From NCBI RefSeq assembly GCF_037042905.1, contig NW_026974140.1, positions 434,001 to 498,000 on the forward strand: 64,000 bases of DNA. The letters run 5' to 3'. Shown piece by piece: positions 12,298 to 25,246 of this stretch. This DNA is from Lytechinus pictus (lineage: Eukaryota). A program made the translations under genes and the position numbers. Each line of letters opens with the position of its first letter. Positions within the stretch are counted from its first letter, which is position 1. Below the pieces are notes generated by a model. It had not been told where the DNA came from. It saw only the letters and a list, made by a program, of their open reading frames with translations, and made no database searches.

Positions 12298-15224
12298 CGA
12301 TAAAACATGGCTTTGATTAGATGTCTGCTTATTATTCAGGAGGAAAATGTAAATCTAATTAACTTGATACAGATTCTCAAGCAAAACGTTTACATTTTTA
12401 TTTGAAATTAGATATTGAAATGCATCGGAGTTTCATTCCAAGCTTTCAAATTTACACCATAAAATCTAACTACTTCTGCTCTTTCGCTGATGTATGCGTT
12501 TAATTCTTCATTGATTTTTGAATTCCTTTGATTTGTTGTGTGTGGTATTAATACATATCGCCTCGAAATGCGTTAATCCTATCCGACTCAAAATTATTTG
12601 TTATTATAATACCTTTAATAATGTTTCGTGTTATTTATGCTACAGAATCCAATATGTTGCACAAATCTTTATTCCTTTCAATTCATATTCTTAAAAACGA
12701 GTTTTGATTTATCATTTAAAAATCGTAATCTTATCCCCCATCATCTTGCAGGGCAATCTCGTGGTATTGGCATAACTATCGAACAACAGGTGATGCGGGT
12801 ACATTTCACAGGTTTGTCGTCAATCATATTGGATGTTTAACGAGATGCATCAAGAAACAAAACCTTCGCTACTGTGCTTACGCTGCAGACTGTGTAAGTG
12901 TTTCGATTTATGGTTCCTATAAATGGCTAACTTTGTCCTAAATTCATAAGCTTTCGGACATACAAAGAAGACATGCGATTATAATATTAAGGCATAATAT
13001 GAAATCGTATACCATCCTCTTTTCAATAATCATCGGCACTTGGGTAATTCCGGTCCAAGCACAGAGGGAGTGGGTGTGATAGCTATATTCTGACCTAAAA
13101 GTTCAAAGTTGTTCGGACACCCCCACACCAAGGTATATTACGTATGTGTGGGGTAATAAACTTGTATAAATGACACTACCATATTTAAGTTGAAGGGATA
13201 TACCGGTATTCAAGTCGATGGTAATATTGGAATGAATCTGCCGTGATAAAAAAGTAATGAATTTCAGCTAAAAACTGTATGTGAGTGAGGAAAAAATTTC
13301 GTATATGGATGACGAAATGGTATCCCAAAACCCATTTCAAGTGGTGAGTAAATATCACATCCCGTGCATTATATTGTAAATGTGTATATTATCCAACAAT
13401 GTTTCAGTGAAAGGTCTATCACGATTTACACAGTTAATATCAATAGGTGAACGAGCGAAGCGAGTGAGTAAATTTTCAGTATTTGGAAGACTAAAGGAAG
13501 TCCAAAAAATATCAAGTGGTGTACATCACCAGCAGTGTATACTTACTGTGAGTTTGTACATTATACTATCATCTTTTAGTTAAAAGACTATTACGATGTT
13601 TTTCGATGGCTATAATACAAGGGCTTCGATGTGATATAAAGAAATAAATTGCAGTTTATGTCAATGTGTGAGCGAGAAAGCAACGTTTCAACAATCAGAA
13701 GATAGAAGATAGAAGATAGAATGATGACCAAAATCTTCTTTCAAGCGATTGCTATTATTGGAGAAAATATTGCATAATGGAAACATTTTACATGAGGCGA
13801 AACCGTCGTTGGAGAAGGCAAACCCCTGGTACGAACCATGAAATACCTAAACCACCCAGGACAATTATTTAAGTATCTAAACATGTGTTTATTCACCTAG
13901 ATGGGTCCGACAACAAAAAACTAAAACTGCAATTACATACGCAGCGCGCTGATTAAAGCAAACTCGCTCGCCATCGCACGCAGTCATTTATCTTTTTCTT
14001 TAATAGTTTTCTTATTTTGGGGCCGTTTTTCTTCGTTCGAAACTGAAAACAGAATAACATTGGATTTCAAAATACAATATGCCTTTGAAAATTTGATTTA
14101 ATATCGAATTAAATAATTCAAGTCTGAAAAGCCTACTAACGGCAGAGCTGTTCTTACGTAATATAAGTTGTTGTTTATGGTCTAACCCTCTGCTTGTTAC
14201 AACCGATAATGTCGCACCAACGCATAATGTCGCAGATTGCGACATTATGCCAAGAGCGTCCGACGCATAATGTCGCAGTCAACGCATAATGTCGTAGTTT
14301 TTCTAACGCATAACGTCACATGTCGCAACTCATAATGTCGCAGCAAATTTATAACGCATAACGTCACATGTCGCGACTCACAATGTCACAGTGGTATTTT
14401 CTTCAGGACTCGAGCTACAGATAAGATATAAAATATGCTTTCACAAAGTATTTTGAGACACGAGAAACAGAATTAAGTGATTTGGAAATCAGGATTACTC
14501 TTTGTATGGATATTTATCGGTTTATTGCCATTTCGTCTACTGCGCTTTTCCCCACTATCGCATGCTCTGATATCATTTGGTCTACCATTTGTTAGTCAAC
14601 TATCAACATAGTCCAATAACCATTTCGTCTAATTACCATCTCGTCTAATAGCCAGTTGGTCTAATAACCATTACGATAATAACCATGTTTATTATCATTT
14701 ACTCCAATTGTATTTTTTTTTTATTGGTCCAATATCCAATTTGTCCAATATCATTTCTTCTATCACCTTTTGGTCTAATAGCCAATTGGTATAATAACCA
14801 CTTGGTCTACTCTCATTTTGTCCATAATCCATTTGGTCTAACTTCAGTTTGTTCACTATCACTTTGTATAAACCCATTTCTGCTAATAATCATTTGGTAT
14901 CGTTGCCATGGGTCCAATCACCATCTCGTCCAATCATCATTTCGTCCAATAGGCATATTCATTTCATTTTATAACCATAATGGTCTACTAGCACTACACC
15001 TCTACGGTGACTATATGTATCATTGTCGACTTGTTGCAGTACTACTACTGATTTGTGGTTCAGATCAGCTCGCGAGCGCAAAAAAAAATATTACCATCCG
15101 CCGACAGGGCATAGGCAGATCCAGGGAAAGGCCCGGTTCCTCCCACCACCCCCCCCCCCCCGCATAAAAAAGGAAGGAGAACGAAAGAAAAGGGAAAAGA
15201 AGGGAAATAGAGGAGGGGAAATGG

Positions 15225-15749
15225 CCCCGGGGGGGGGGGGGGGCACTCGACCAAAAAAGTAGTAGGTATGTGCCGCGGGCGAGACAAAAAACGGGGGCCT
15301 TGGAGCGGGCGTATTGTAAAAAGGAGGGTCCTCGGAACGGGCACGGAACTACAAATGTTTGTGAAAACGGGGGTCCTTGGAACGGGTCGCCTGCGTGCGA
15401 GTACGTATATGCATCCCTATGGAACGCGCATGCAGCTAGCCCGGCGGCACGACTTCCGGGCGCGCTAGCGCAGAGGCGATGGTCAGACAGCGAGCTGCGG
15501 CCGCTTTTCACCAAAATTGCGACCGGAACGGCGTAACGGAAAATATGCGAAGCCCTGGAGCGGATTTATTATTTTTTTTTCTCGAGAAGAAGAAAATGAT
15601 ATGCTTTGGAGCGGCTTTCTTTGTTCTTTTTCTCTATAAGACAAAAATGCTATGCCTCGGAACGGAAATTTGAGTGTAAAAATGGTGGTCCCCTCCGCGG
15701 CACATACCCACTATGCATTATATACTGAGTGCCCCCCCCCCCCCCGGGG
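15225..15749. mobile_element. GC-rich MITE with CCCGGG(G)nCACTC termini, probably Mutator-like
   Basis: Inverted ends CCCGGGGGGG..GCACTC and GAGTGCCCCC..CCGGG; internal IR GGTATGTGCCGCGG / CCGCGGCACATACC; flanked by an ~8-9 bp direct repeat GGAAATGG. Confidence 0.7.
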
Positions 15750-15842
15750 GAAATGGGGAAAAATACGAGGAGACAGAAGAGTGAATAAAATAGGGTGAGG
15801 TGAAGACTTGGTAAATAAAAAAAAATCGTTCATGTCTCAAAA

Positions 15843-16040
15843 GAGGCGCGATAGCTCAGTCGGTAAAGCGGGGGTTTATAATTCCGGTGACCCGGATTTG
15901 ATTCCTAATTGGTGCGTTAGTGCCCCTTGGTAAGGCATAATAGTCTTTATGCCTACCAGGTCCCTTGGAGAGGAACTTTAGTTGTCGGTCCTCTGGTTGC
16001 TTGCTTTTAAATCATTCATGCTTTCTTAGCAACCAGGTAA
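15843..16040 (+). mobile_element. tRNA-derived SINE
   Basis: A box TAGCTCAGTCGG and degenerate B box GGATTTGATTCC, followed by the SINE-body-like GTGCCCCTTGGTAAGGCA. No complete cloverleaf. Confidence 0.7.
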
Positions 16041-16289
16041 AAAAAATCACCATGTACTATATACGGGCTAAAATTTTCGCTCGCGCTTTGCGCGCGCATC
16101 CACATCCACTTCAGAATGTCCATGCATAGTGCTTGAAAAAAGTGCTTAAATTGACCCCTTTTCGGACTAGAATATGAAGTATTTTAAGCTCGCGCTTCGT
16201 TCTCGCTTAATATTTTTATGCTTTTTCAGTACTGATTTGTTTTACAAAGAATACATCGATAATTATTACTATTATTGTTTTTACTATTA

Positions 16290-16570
16290 CGAAGTTATAT
16301 TTATGCATGCGTGTACAATTAGGTAATGAAACTAAGTTTTTGGGCGGGCCTCACATTCAAGCATTGCTTATTTTCGACAGCCCCTCCGTTTTACTCTAAA
16401 ATACAAAAGAAAATCAGTTAAGGCAGCTTAATGTCATTAATTGTGTTTATCAAATCTATAGGCCTTATTATGTTTTATAAGATGTTATGTTTTGCTATAT
16501 TCTTTACTTCTATGATATGTTCATTTTACAACATTGTGAAACAGAAAACAGTAAATAAAATGAAATGATT
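16290..16570 (+). mobile_element. LINE 3'-UTR fragment (CR1-group-like tail)
   Basis: GGGC...TTCAAGCATTGCTTATTTTCGACAGCCCCTCC stem, T-rich tract, AATAAA then (ATGAA)n-like end. Confidence 0.45.
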
Positions 16571-18952
16571 AAAACATGTATTCAAACTGCCTAAATTATA
16601 GGTCTAATTCTAAGAAAAAACGCACACTCAAGTTTATTGAGAAATGCAGCTTGTTCCATATATTTATAATGTGCTTGAATTATCCAGTTTCAGATCAGAA
16701 TAAAAAAACTTCTGCGCGCATTATTAACATTAATGTAGGAAGATACCTAGTTACCAATCCATTTTATGATTTACAAAACATTAAAAGAGTATCCTGTTCT
16801 TAGATCTGTAATCTATCTTTTCGGCTCGCGCTGCCGTCAATTGTTTAGTTATGTAACTCGAGTCCTGAAGAAAATACCGGTGATTGGACCTATTGTCGTG
16901 TTGGGATCGGTAATTATAAGAAGGAAAGCGTAATGAGGAAACTTTGGAGAAAGTTATACAGTTCAAAATCACAAAGTATTTAATCATCAATATTCAGCTA
17001 CAGTTCGAAGTACGTGAAGATTCAGATATCATTTGAGACGATGAATATTAAATAATTTAGAAGTATCGGATTGAGATTCGGAGTGAAGTTAAATTAATAT
17101 TCAATGGACGTCTAAGTTTTGAAGTCAGTCAGTCTCTATCTGGATGAGTGTGGGTCTAGTATTCTTCTGTATTCTATCTCTAATAATCAAGAAGTCTTAT
17201 TTATATAATTAGTTTTGGGGGTGTAACAATTTAAGGTGGGAGTGATGTAAACTTGATCTGATTGGTCTACAGGTAAATATCTATCAAACTTTATCTGGTA
17301 TAAGGGGTGTGTTGATGCTCTGTGCAAGTGACTGGAAGTGTGAGTCATACTTCTTAGAACTTTTGTTCTTTGAGTTAGCTGATGTCACTGAGGGTTGGTG
17401 TTTTTATGGTCAAGGTTTAGGAGTTAAATGGTATTAAGGGTGTAGGAATTCTTAGATGACATTGGGGGAGTTTGTAAACAAGTGAAGGTGAATAACTGAA
17501 AGGATAACAGGAAGTTAAATACATACTACATAACACTATTTGTGATTGGACCCATGGCAACGATACCAAATGATTGTTAGTCGAAATGGGTTTAGACAAA
17601 GTGATAGCAAACCAACTGAGGTTAGACCAAATGGAACATGGACAAAATGAGAGTAGACCAAGTGGTTATTAGACCAATTGGCTATTAGGCCAAAAGGTAA
17701 TAGACGTAATGATATTGGACAAAGTGGATATTGGACCAATTGAAAAAAATACAATTAGACTAAATGATAATAAACAACCAACTGGCTATTAGGCGAGATG
17801 GTAATTAGACCAAATGGTTATTGGACTATGTTAATAGTTGATTAACTTATGGCGGACGAAATGATATCAGACCATGCGATAATGAGGAAAAAGGCAGTAG
17901 ACGAAATGGCAATAAACCGATAAATATCCATATAAAGAGTTATCCTGATTTCCAAATCACTTAATTCTCTTTCTCGTGTCTCAAAATACTTAGTAAAAGC
18001 ATATTTCATATCTTATCTGTAGCTCGAGTCCTGAAGAAAAGACCGCAGTGACATTATGCGTTGCGACATGTGACGTTATGCGTTAGTAAAACTACGACAT
18101 TATGCGTTGACTGTGATATTATGCGTCGGACGCTCTTGGCATAATGTCGCAATCTGCGACATTATGCGTTGGTGCGAAATTATCGGTTGTAACACGGCTT
18201 GCCTGATAGGAGGGATTAAAGGCGATACAGGGTTGATATATCATGGATACTCTTACTTCCTGTCTCTCTCCCTTTTACGTTTCTGTGTTTCCTCTTTCTT
18301 TTTCTTCTTTAAGTTTATATTTATTTCTTTAAATTGTTTTATTTCTTTTTTCTTTCCTTCCTCGGCTCCTTTCTTTCTTTCTTCCTTCGTTCGGCTTCTA
18401 TCTTTCTTTGATTATTTCTCTTTCTTCCTTTCTTTCTTACTTTATTGCATAAGCAACCTGACGAATGAATCAAACTCTGTGGCCACTAGCGCGTGTATTC
18501 AGTTTTATTCTCTTTAACCATTTTTTTCTGTGGGGGGCGGGCTATTTTCTTCGTTCGAAATTGACAACAAAATAACATTGAATTTTGAAATACAATATGC
18601 CTCTGACAATTTTATTTAATATCAAATACAATAATTTAATTCCGAAAGGCCTAATACAAGCAGAGCTGCTCTTACGTAATATCACATTTGTTGTTTATGG
18701 TCTAACCCTCGGGCTTGCGCCTGCGCAGGAGAAACATTACATAGGAGGGATTATCGGGCGATTCAGGATTGATTGTACTTGGGAGTGAATTATCTTGGTT
18801 CCTCCGCACATACTTAACCGCCCATAAGCTATATATCAACTCAGTGGAGTGCGCCATTAAAGCCCTTTCCATAGGCCCTCTCGCGGTAGGTCACCGACAA
18901 TCTTGTTAGCAACGCTTGTGAGCATCGTCTTGCTCACTCTCCAAATGTCTGC

Positions 18953-20546
18953 GATATTAAAATCCTAAAAACTAATGTCATCGTTAAAATTTAAGGCTAT
19001 ACATGTTTATCATTTACATTGACTATCGGTGAACAACATAATATCGAATTTACCAGCAAGTGGGAGTAAGATTTCGAATTACCAGTCATTTCGATGAGTG
19101 ATACAATGAGCAAAAAAATATGAAAATATAGCTTACATTTTGTATATGTATAGCATTTCAAAATCCTTCTTTTCAATATTTTCACATTTCTTATTGTTTT
19201 AAAGAGGATCTAATAATGTTTTATTATTATCATTGAAACTAGAATTTTCCCGAACTGACAAGGTTGGTAGATTTTTTTTTTCTGTCTTTATAATTCATTC
19301 ATTCAAAATGGTTTATTTAGATAAAAACTTCCATCGCAGTACAGAGCCGAATTACAAAAAGCTTCTAAAATATAAAAGTTCGAAACCATAAGGAATAAGC
19401 ATAGTGTGGAATATAACAACAAAACATAATACAATAAAGCAACAAATATGGTACATAACATAAGGTAAACAAAAATTATCACAAGACAAAATGTGTATAA
19501 TATGACATTAACGTCAATTACAAGAATCACAAAACTAAATAAAAAAATACAAAGTCAGTGAATCAATATAAGAAAAAGAATGAAACATACAAATTATGCA
19601 AAAAAAAGTACCAGTTCGTGTACAATTAAGGATTAAATTTAATATATGAATACACAAGAAATGAAGGATAGAAGGATCAAAATATAGGCAGAATAACAAG
19701 AGCGAGGAGAAAAGGGACAAAAGATTAAGAAACAAAGCAGCAAATTGAATTAAAGGCGAAAAAGAAGAACAATAGCATAATAAACGAGATGGAGTAACTG
19801 ATCAATAGTAAAAAAAAAACTTAATTGGAGATGGGGATACAACGTAAAAAAAAGAAACAAAAGGACAAGAGAGAACGGTAGCGAGGCTACAAAAAAACTG
19901 CTTAAGTTATAGATAATTAGAATCTAACATAGTAAATTGTGAAGATATAAAAATATATATTTGTTTCTATATTTTACCAGATTGCATCGTAAAAAAATAT
20001 AGTGCATAGTGTTTGTGTTGAAAAAACAGAGTGGTGAAAAGCAAGAAAGGAGGGAAAATGGAGAAGAATACAGAAAAGAAGATAGAAGGTGATAATGAGA
20101 AGGAAAATAAATAAATAGTCAAAGAGATACAAGGTAGAAAGGAAGAAGCAAGGGTAAAAGAAAAGGGAAGGAGAGAGTAGTAAGAATCAGATGAAGAAGA
20201 AAGAAAAAAAGAAGAAGAGGAAAGAAAGGGGAGAGGACGGGAAAAATAATCTACCAACCTTATCAGTTTGGGAAAATTCTAGTAAATACAATAAGATGTT
20301 TTTAAAGAAAAAATAACTTTTATATTGAAAACAAGGATTTTGAAATGTTGTATAAAATTTACGCTATATTTTCATAAATTTGGGCATTTTGTATCACTCA
20401 TCAAAATGACTGATAATTCGAAATCTTACCCACACGTGCTGGTAATATCGGTTTAAGTTTGTACACCGATAGTCAATGTAAATGATACGCATTCATAGCC
20501 TTACTAAATTTCAACGATTCCATTGCTTTTTAGGATTTTAATATTT
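18953..20546. mobile_element. Old foldback/TIR element with ~320-bp diverged inverted arms
   Basis: 18953-19282 is the reverse complement of 20245-20546 (e.g. CATTTACATTGACTATCGGTG vs CACCGATAGTCAATGTAAATG). The loop holds a LINE tail and purine-rich DNA. Confidence 0.75.
19292..19740 (-). mobile_element. LINE 3'-UTR fragment with (GAAT)n tail
   Basis: Minus strand ends ...CTGTACTGCGATGGAAGTTTTTATCTAAATAAACCATTTTGAATGAATGAA, preceded by a T-rich UTR. The 5' boundary is uncertain. Confidence 0.5.
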
Positions 20547-20689
20547 AGTATACCTAAATTAGACCCCAAAATAGCCAATGTGGAATAAAATTATTGGAAA
20601 TGGATCTTCGACTGATTTGAGTAGGTATGGATGTCAACATTTACCAAAAAAGTTAGGAGGAAAACGGGTTGGAGAAAGTGTTTTTTTCA

Positions 20690-21375
20690 AGGTCAAAGGT
20701 CAATGACCTTATGATATTATACTGTATAATGGTATCTCTGAGATGGAAAGGCGCAGGTTGGTAATAATGGTGTCAAAATGCACGAATTCTTACCAGAATA
20801 TAAAATAAAATAAAATTAATTACCTAGAATGCACATTCACCGATAAAATTCAAGGTCAAAGCCTTTCAAAAGGTCAATGACATTTTTACATTATATACCA
20901 TACCGTATAATGGTATCTCTGAGATGATAAGGTACAGGCTGGTGATCATGGTGTCAAAATGCACAGATTCTTACCAGAAGATCAAATAAAATGAAATCAA
21001 GTACCTAGAATGCACATTCACCCATAAAATTTAAGGCCAAAGATCAATAACATTTTATACATTATATACCATATTATATAATTGTATCTCTAAGATTAAA
21101 TGGCGCAGGTTGGTGTTTTTGGTGTCAAAATACACAGATCCTTACTGGAAGATTAAATAAAATGAAATTAAGCATCGAGAATGCACATTCTTCCATAAAA
21201 TTCAAGGACAAAGGTCAACATCCTTTTTTTAACATTAGATATTAATAATGGTATCTCTGAGATAAAACACCGCAGGTTGGTGATCTCGGTGCCAAAATGC
21301 AAAATTTGTACATGAAGATTAAACCAAAATAAGCATTAAGAATAAGCTTTCACCCTTGAAATCCACGATCAGAGG
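20690..21375. repeat. Tandem repeat, ~170-180 bp x4
   Basis: AATGGTATCTCTGAGAT...CAGGTTGGT..GGTGTCAAAATGCAC at ~20728, 20909, 21080 and 21247. Confidence 0.85.
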
Positions 21376-21599
21376 AAATATATAATCTGTATGACATAAA
21401 AATAACCAAAAAGTTATCATTTGTGTTCATATTACGTTTGTGAATAATGTAAATAAAGATGGCTAATTTGTAATGAAAACATGGAGGTTTCATAATTTCA
21501 GTCTGAAATAATGAAGGTCATGGGGAATGTATTTAAGGGTCAGAGGTCAATGAACCCTTTTCAAAATATCAGTGTAAATTAAGTTTTAAAAAAAGTTAA

Positions 21600-23000
21600 T
21601 AACCAAATAACACTTCTTCATATACTGCGATGCGTTGCCAAAAGCAATGAAAAAAATAAATGAAATCAAGTTTATAATTTTTAATGATTTTTATCTTAAG
21701 TAGCAGCATTTATTGCATCATAATTTCTGAATTAAGGTTGTCGTGTCTTTTTCTCTCCAGCGATAGGCCACTCACCTCAATGCTAAAATAAATACTATAA
21801 ACTATAAGCTTAATCTTTTGAAAATGGATAGGATAGGTCCAACTCTCATATCACAGCTAGCATCATCTAAGAGCATTTACAAACAGCAGAATGATAATGA
21901 TGAAGATGAGATGAAGGCCATCATTAGAGCTGCAGCTTCTGTCATACATGTAGTAAATGGAATGTATATCAATTTCAACAAAGATGAATTCCCGTATTAT
22001 TATTAATTACCTTTCATTGCGAGCTGCCAGAATCTCTTGAGATGTTAAAGTGATTGGTTAACATTGGTTTGACTTTTAAAAAATCTGAGCTAGAAGGTCA
22101 CACTTGTCACCTGTGTCTGTGATATGTTACAAAAATGAAGCCCAGAAAAAATTGCGTTCGAAAATAATAATTTAGTGCTTCAAAAATTGAAATATAAAGT
22201 GACCGAAAACACCATCTTAATTTCATCCCATACACCTATGTGTACTATTTAGGCGTCTATAAGACACCTATTTACAAAATCGGGGTTTGCCTTGTAGTTT
22301 TAGCTTTTCATTCTCAATAATGGTTGTTTTTAGGGTTTATTAGTTATAATACATGCTCTTGTACACATGTTTCATCTTGGTTTGAGAATTTTTTAAATCG
22401 GCTGCTCGCAAAGTATATAATAGCTTACAAGTACACATCGATCGACCTAACAAAGCTCTAACAGCACCACTTCCAGTTCTTAAGTATCAAGCTGTGCAAC
22501 ATATAAGTAATAATATAGATCCTGATCTGATATCCCTTGAAAGAACGTTAGGCTTTCATTGAATGGGCCAGATCAAAGTTTTGAAAATATCAGAAGGTTT
22601 TCAAGAGTTAAATTACTCTTTGCTGAAGTTGAGACACTCAACTTCATTTACTATGACAAAGGCTGCAGCTCTAATGATTGCCTTATTTCAATTCTTCATC
22701 ATTGTCCCTGGCTATATTAATTTTTTTTCGGATGATGCTTGCCATAAGAGTTAGGCCTATCCTTTCCATTTACAGATTAAGTTATGGTTTTATAGTATTT
22801 ATTGACTATTTGTTTATAGTGACCTTTTGCTACAGAGAGATTAGTACCTTGATTTAGATTTATAAAATGCATATATAAATGCTGCTACTTTTTAATAGAC
22901 AACATCATCATTTCAAATTATACCATACGTGATTATTTTTTTCACTTTTGGCAATGCATTAATACAATATATATTAAAAAGTGCTATTTGATCTCAATTT
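21600..23000. repeat. Ancient inverted repeat (~21600-21990 vs ~22610-23000)
   Basis: ATCATTAGAGCTGCAGC (~21920) vs GCTGCAGCTCTAATGAT (~22662); AATAAATACTATAA vs TTATAGTATTTATT; AGTAGCAGCATTTAT vs ATAAATGCTGCTACT. Confidence 0.7.
22049..22415. mobile_element. Probable TTAA-type (Kolobok-like) MITE in the loop of the inverted repeat
   Basis: Starts TTAA|AGTGATTGGTTAAC; right terminus degraded. Family call is an inference. Confidence 0.4.
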
Positions 23001-24211
23001 AACCTCGAACTTGTATTTTGACATCATCATTGGTTAAAGATTTAACTATTAAATTAGTGTTAATTTTCCACGCAGGTCAGTCTTTTTCCCATCAGAATCA
23101 CTATACCTACATGCCATTATTACGTTATATCCACCTATTTACTTAAAGTTGAATTAAGAAGGGGTGAGTTTCCATAAATATGGGTTCCACACACAATATA
23201 TAGTATATATCAGTTGTTCAAACAGATGTCACAAAAATCCTCTGCCTTCTCGATATTTTGCTTTGAAAGTCTATGAAATTAGCCACCTGTCAGAGCCCGA
23301 GAGACGAGTGTACAGAAAAATCACTCTGAGTGTGACGTCACCGGGGTAATTTAGTATAAGAGGTGTCTGGGTGTAATACAGAAATGCTATGCAGAGAGAG
23401 AAATATTATTTTACAGTTTATTTTCAAAGCAACTCAAATCAAACAAATAGGAATCATATGTACAAATCTTTACTTTCCCTGTATGAAAAACAGTATGAAT
23501 AACTATCATGAACTCTTAAATCATGATGTAAGATTGCAAACAGTGAGTTATTGAATGATATTTTCACTATTTCTCATTTATTTTATCACGATATTCCATC
23601 AAGTGAGTAGCTGGAAAGTAATTCCGGCGGCTTGCTCAGCTCTGCGCGCGCTGCACGCCTATACAATACACACAACACCCAGGCATTGAGTGTACTGTAG
23701 TGGTCTGGTACCGTACCGGTACGTCGACCCGCAGTTCATAACCATGCAGCGATCCCCTTACACTGTCGTCTTTTTCTTCTTTCCTTTTGTCTTTGACTCC
23801 ATTTTTATATCCTCTGGATCATTTCCACTCATAGCTCATTCCACAGAACAATCTTGAATCAAACGTACTATTCTTCTTGGCCTTCCGAGTTGTTTTCTAT
23901 ATTTGATTACGCTAGAGGTCATTGTCACACATACAAACGCAATTCGCAAGTGAGTTGAAGACAGCAAAAAAGGTATGCGATGCGGTACGGTAGCTCGACA
24001 GCTAGCTGAGCCGGAGCGGGCGGCCGGTCGGCACAAAGCGAAACGATAAATAAATACGATACAAAAATACAAAAATACGATACTCATGATACGAGTGACG
24101 AATGACATGGCTACTTGTTAGGCTGCTTTTTGGACATTAAACCCTTCAAAATACACACTAACTTTTGATTTTACTTGGATATTCCTGAGGTGTATAATCG
24201 TAAAGCAGCAT

Positions 24212-25246
24212 ATGAAGGAATACCACCTACGTTCGAGAGACGAAAAAGGAGAATCTTGTCTTCAATCTCCATTCAATATGCCGTCAAGCTCGCAGGAGGA
24301 TTCTTACGGAGGTCTAGCTACTCCCATGCCCAATCCAACCCCGTCTAACAAGGAGAAAGCTGCTGGTCTGAAACCAGCGGCAAGTGGTACCACACCCCGC
24401 CTTGACAATAGGAGAACCGACATAGCAGCTGGGGCTAGGCCACGCACCACCACCTCGACACAAAAGGCCGAACCGCAACTCGCAGCTATAGTAGAGGCAG
24501 CAGTGCAGAAGGCCAACGCCGAATCCTACGGAGAAATTAACAAAAAGCTTGATTTGGTACTCCGTGAAATATCCACTTTTAAAGCAGATCTCGCAGCCAC
24601 GAAGCAGCTTGTTGCTGATCTGGAAGTGTCCGTGATCGACAACTCGGCTCGAATGAGTACCATAGAATCTATCACCGTTCCTAATGTTGCTGCTGAATGT
24701 AAGAAATTGGTTTATGATTTAGAGGAAAAGTTGATCTAGCAGGAAATCCACACGAGAAAGATGAACTTGCTTCTTTATGGAATTGAACAGGTAAAAGATG
24801 AAAATGTTTTCACGAAGACAACGTCTGCCATCACTGAATTCCTCAACGTACCTCGCGAAGAAGCCGAGAAGATCCCGATTGCGAATGCACATCGACTTCC
24901 TTCAGTTCGGAATCCGTCGAGCAATTCACGCGACTTCCCGAAGCCCATCATAGTTCGTTTCGTTAACATGAAAGATCGTGATGAGATACTTCAAGCCTTC
25001 GAGCGACCTGTTCACGTCCATCACCGTCGGCAATCGACGAGCGACGACGTCGCCGCCAGCAGACCGATCACCGTTAGAACGGATCTACCTGCAGCTATGA
25101 AGCGTGAACGCGGCCGTATATCGTCCATTGCCTACAAGCTTCGACATGATTCTAAGTTGATGACCAGAATCACAATTGTGAAGACACAAGTCATCCTCCA
25201 GACGAAACGTAGCAAAGAAGACAACTGGGTCACATGGAAAGAATGA
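24212..25246 (+). pseudogene. LINE-A ORF1 (coiled coil plus L1-ORF1-like RRM/CTD), one in-frame stop
   Basis: ORFs 24212-24739 and 24761-25246 are in the same frame, separated by a TAG (EEKLI*QEIHTRKMNLLLYGI). Motifs AHRL, PKPIIVRF and ITVRTDLP are typical of this ORF1 class. Confidence 0.85.

Larger units (their letters stand above)
14195..18194. mobile_element. Ginger-like non-autonomous element with ~700-bp inverted arms
   Basis: TGTTACAACCGATAAT...ATTATCGGTTGTAACA termini; 5-bp flanks CTGCT / CGGCT (one mismatch); arms ~14195-14920 and ~17535-18194. Confidence 0.7.

Noticed and set aside
15023..15673. Cluster of overlapping GC-rich ORFs or a CpG-island promoter
   Set aside because: Lies within a MITE with defined inverted ends and a flanking direct repeat.
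15843..15916. tRNA gene
   Set aside because: The B box and stems are degenerate and the sequence continues into a SINE body.
16880..17530. Possible decayed coding segment inside the Ginger-like element
   Set aside because: Multiple stops and no recognisable integrase or RT motif; cannot be supported without a search.
23147..24090. Promoter-like GC/CpG-richer region upstream of LINE-A ORF1
   Set aside because: Begins at TTAA|AG and looks like another interspersed repeat; neither its right end nor the LINE 5' end can be fixed from this sequence.
24737..24739. Programmed stop-codon readthrough in LINE-A ORF1
   Set aside because: ORF2 of the same element has several frameshifts, so a simple nonsense mutation is more parsimonious.
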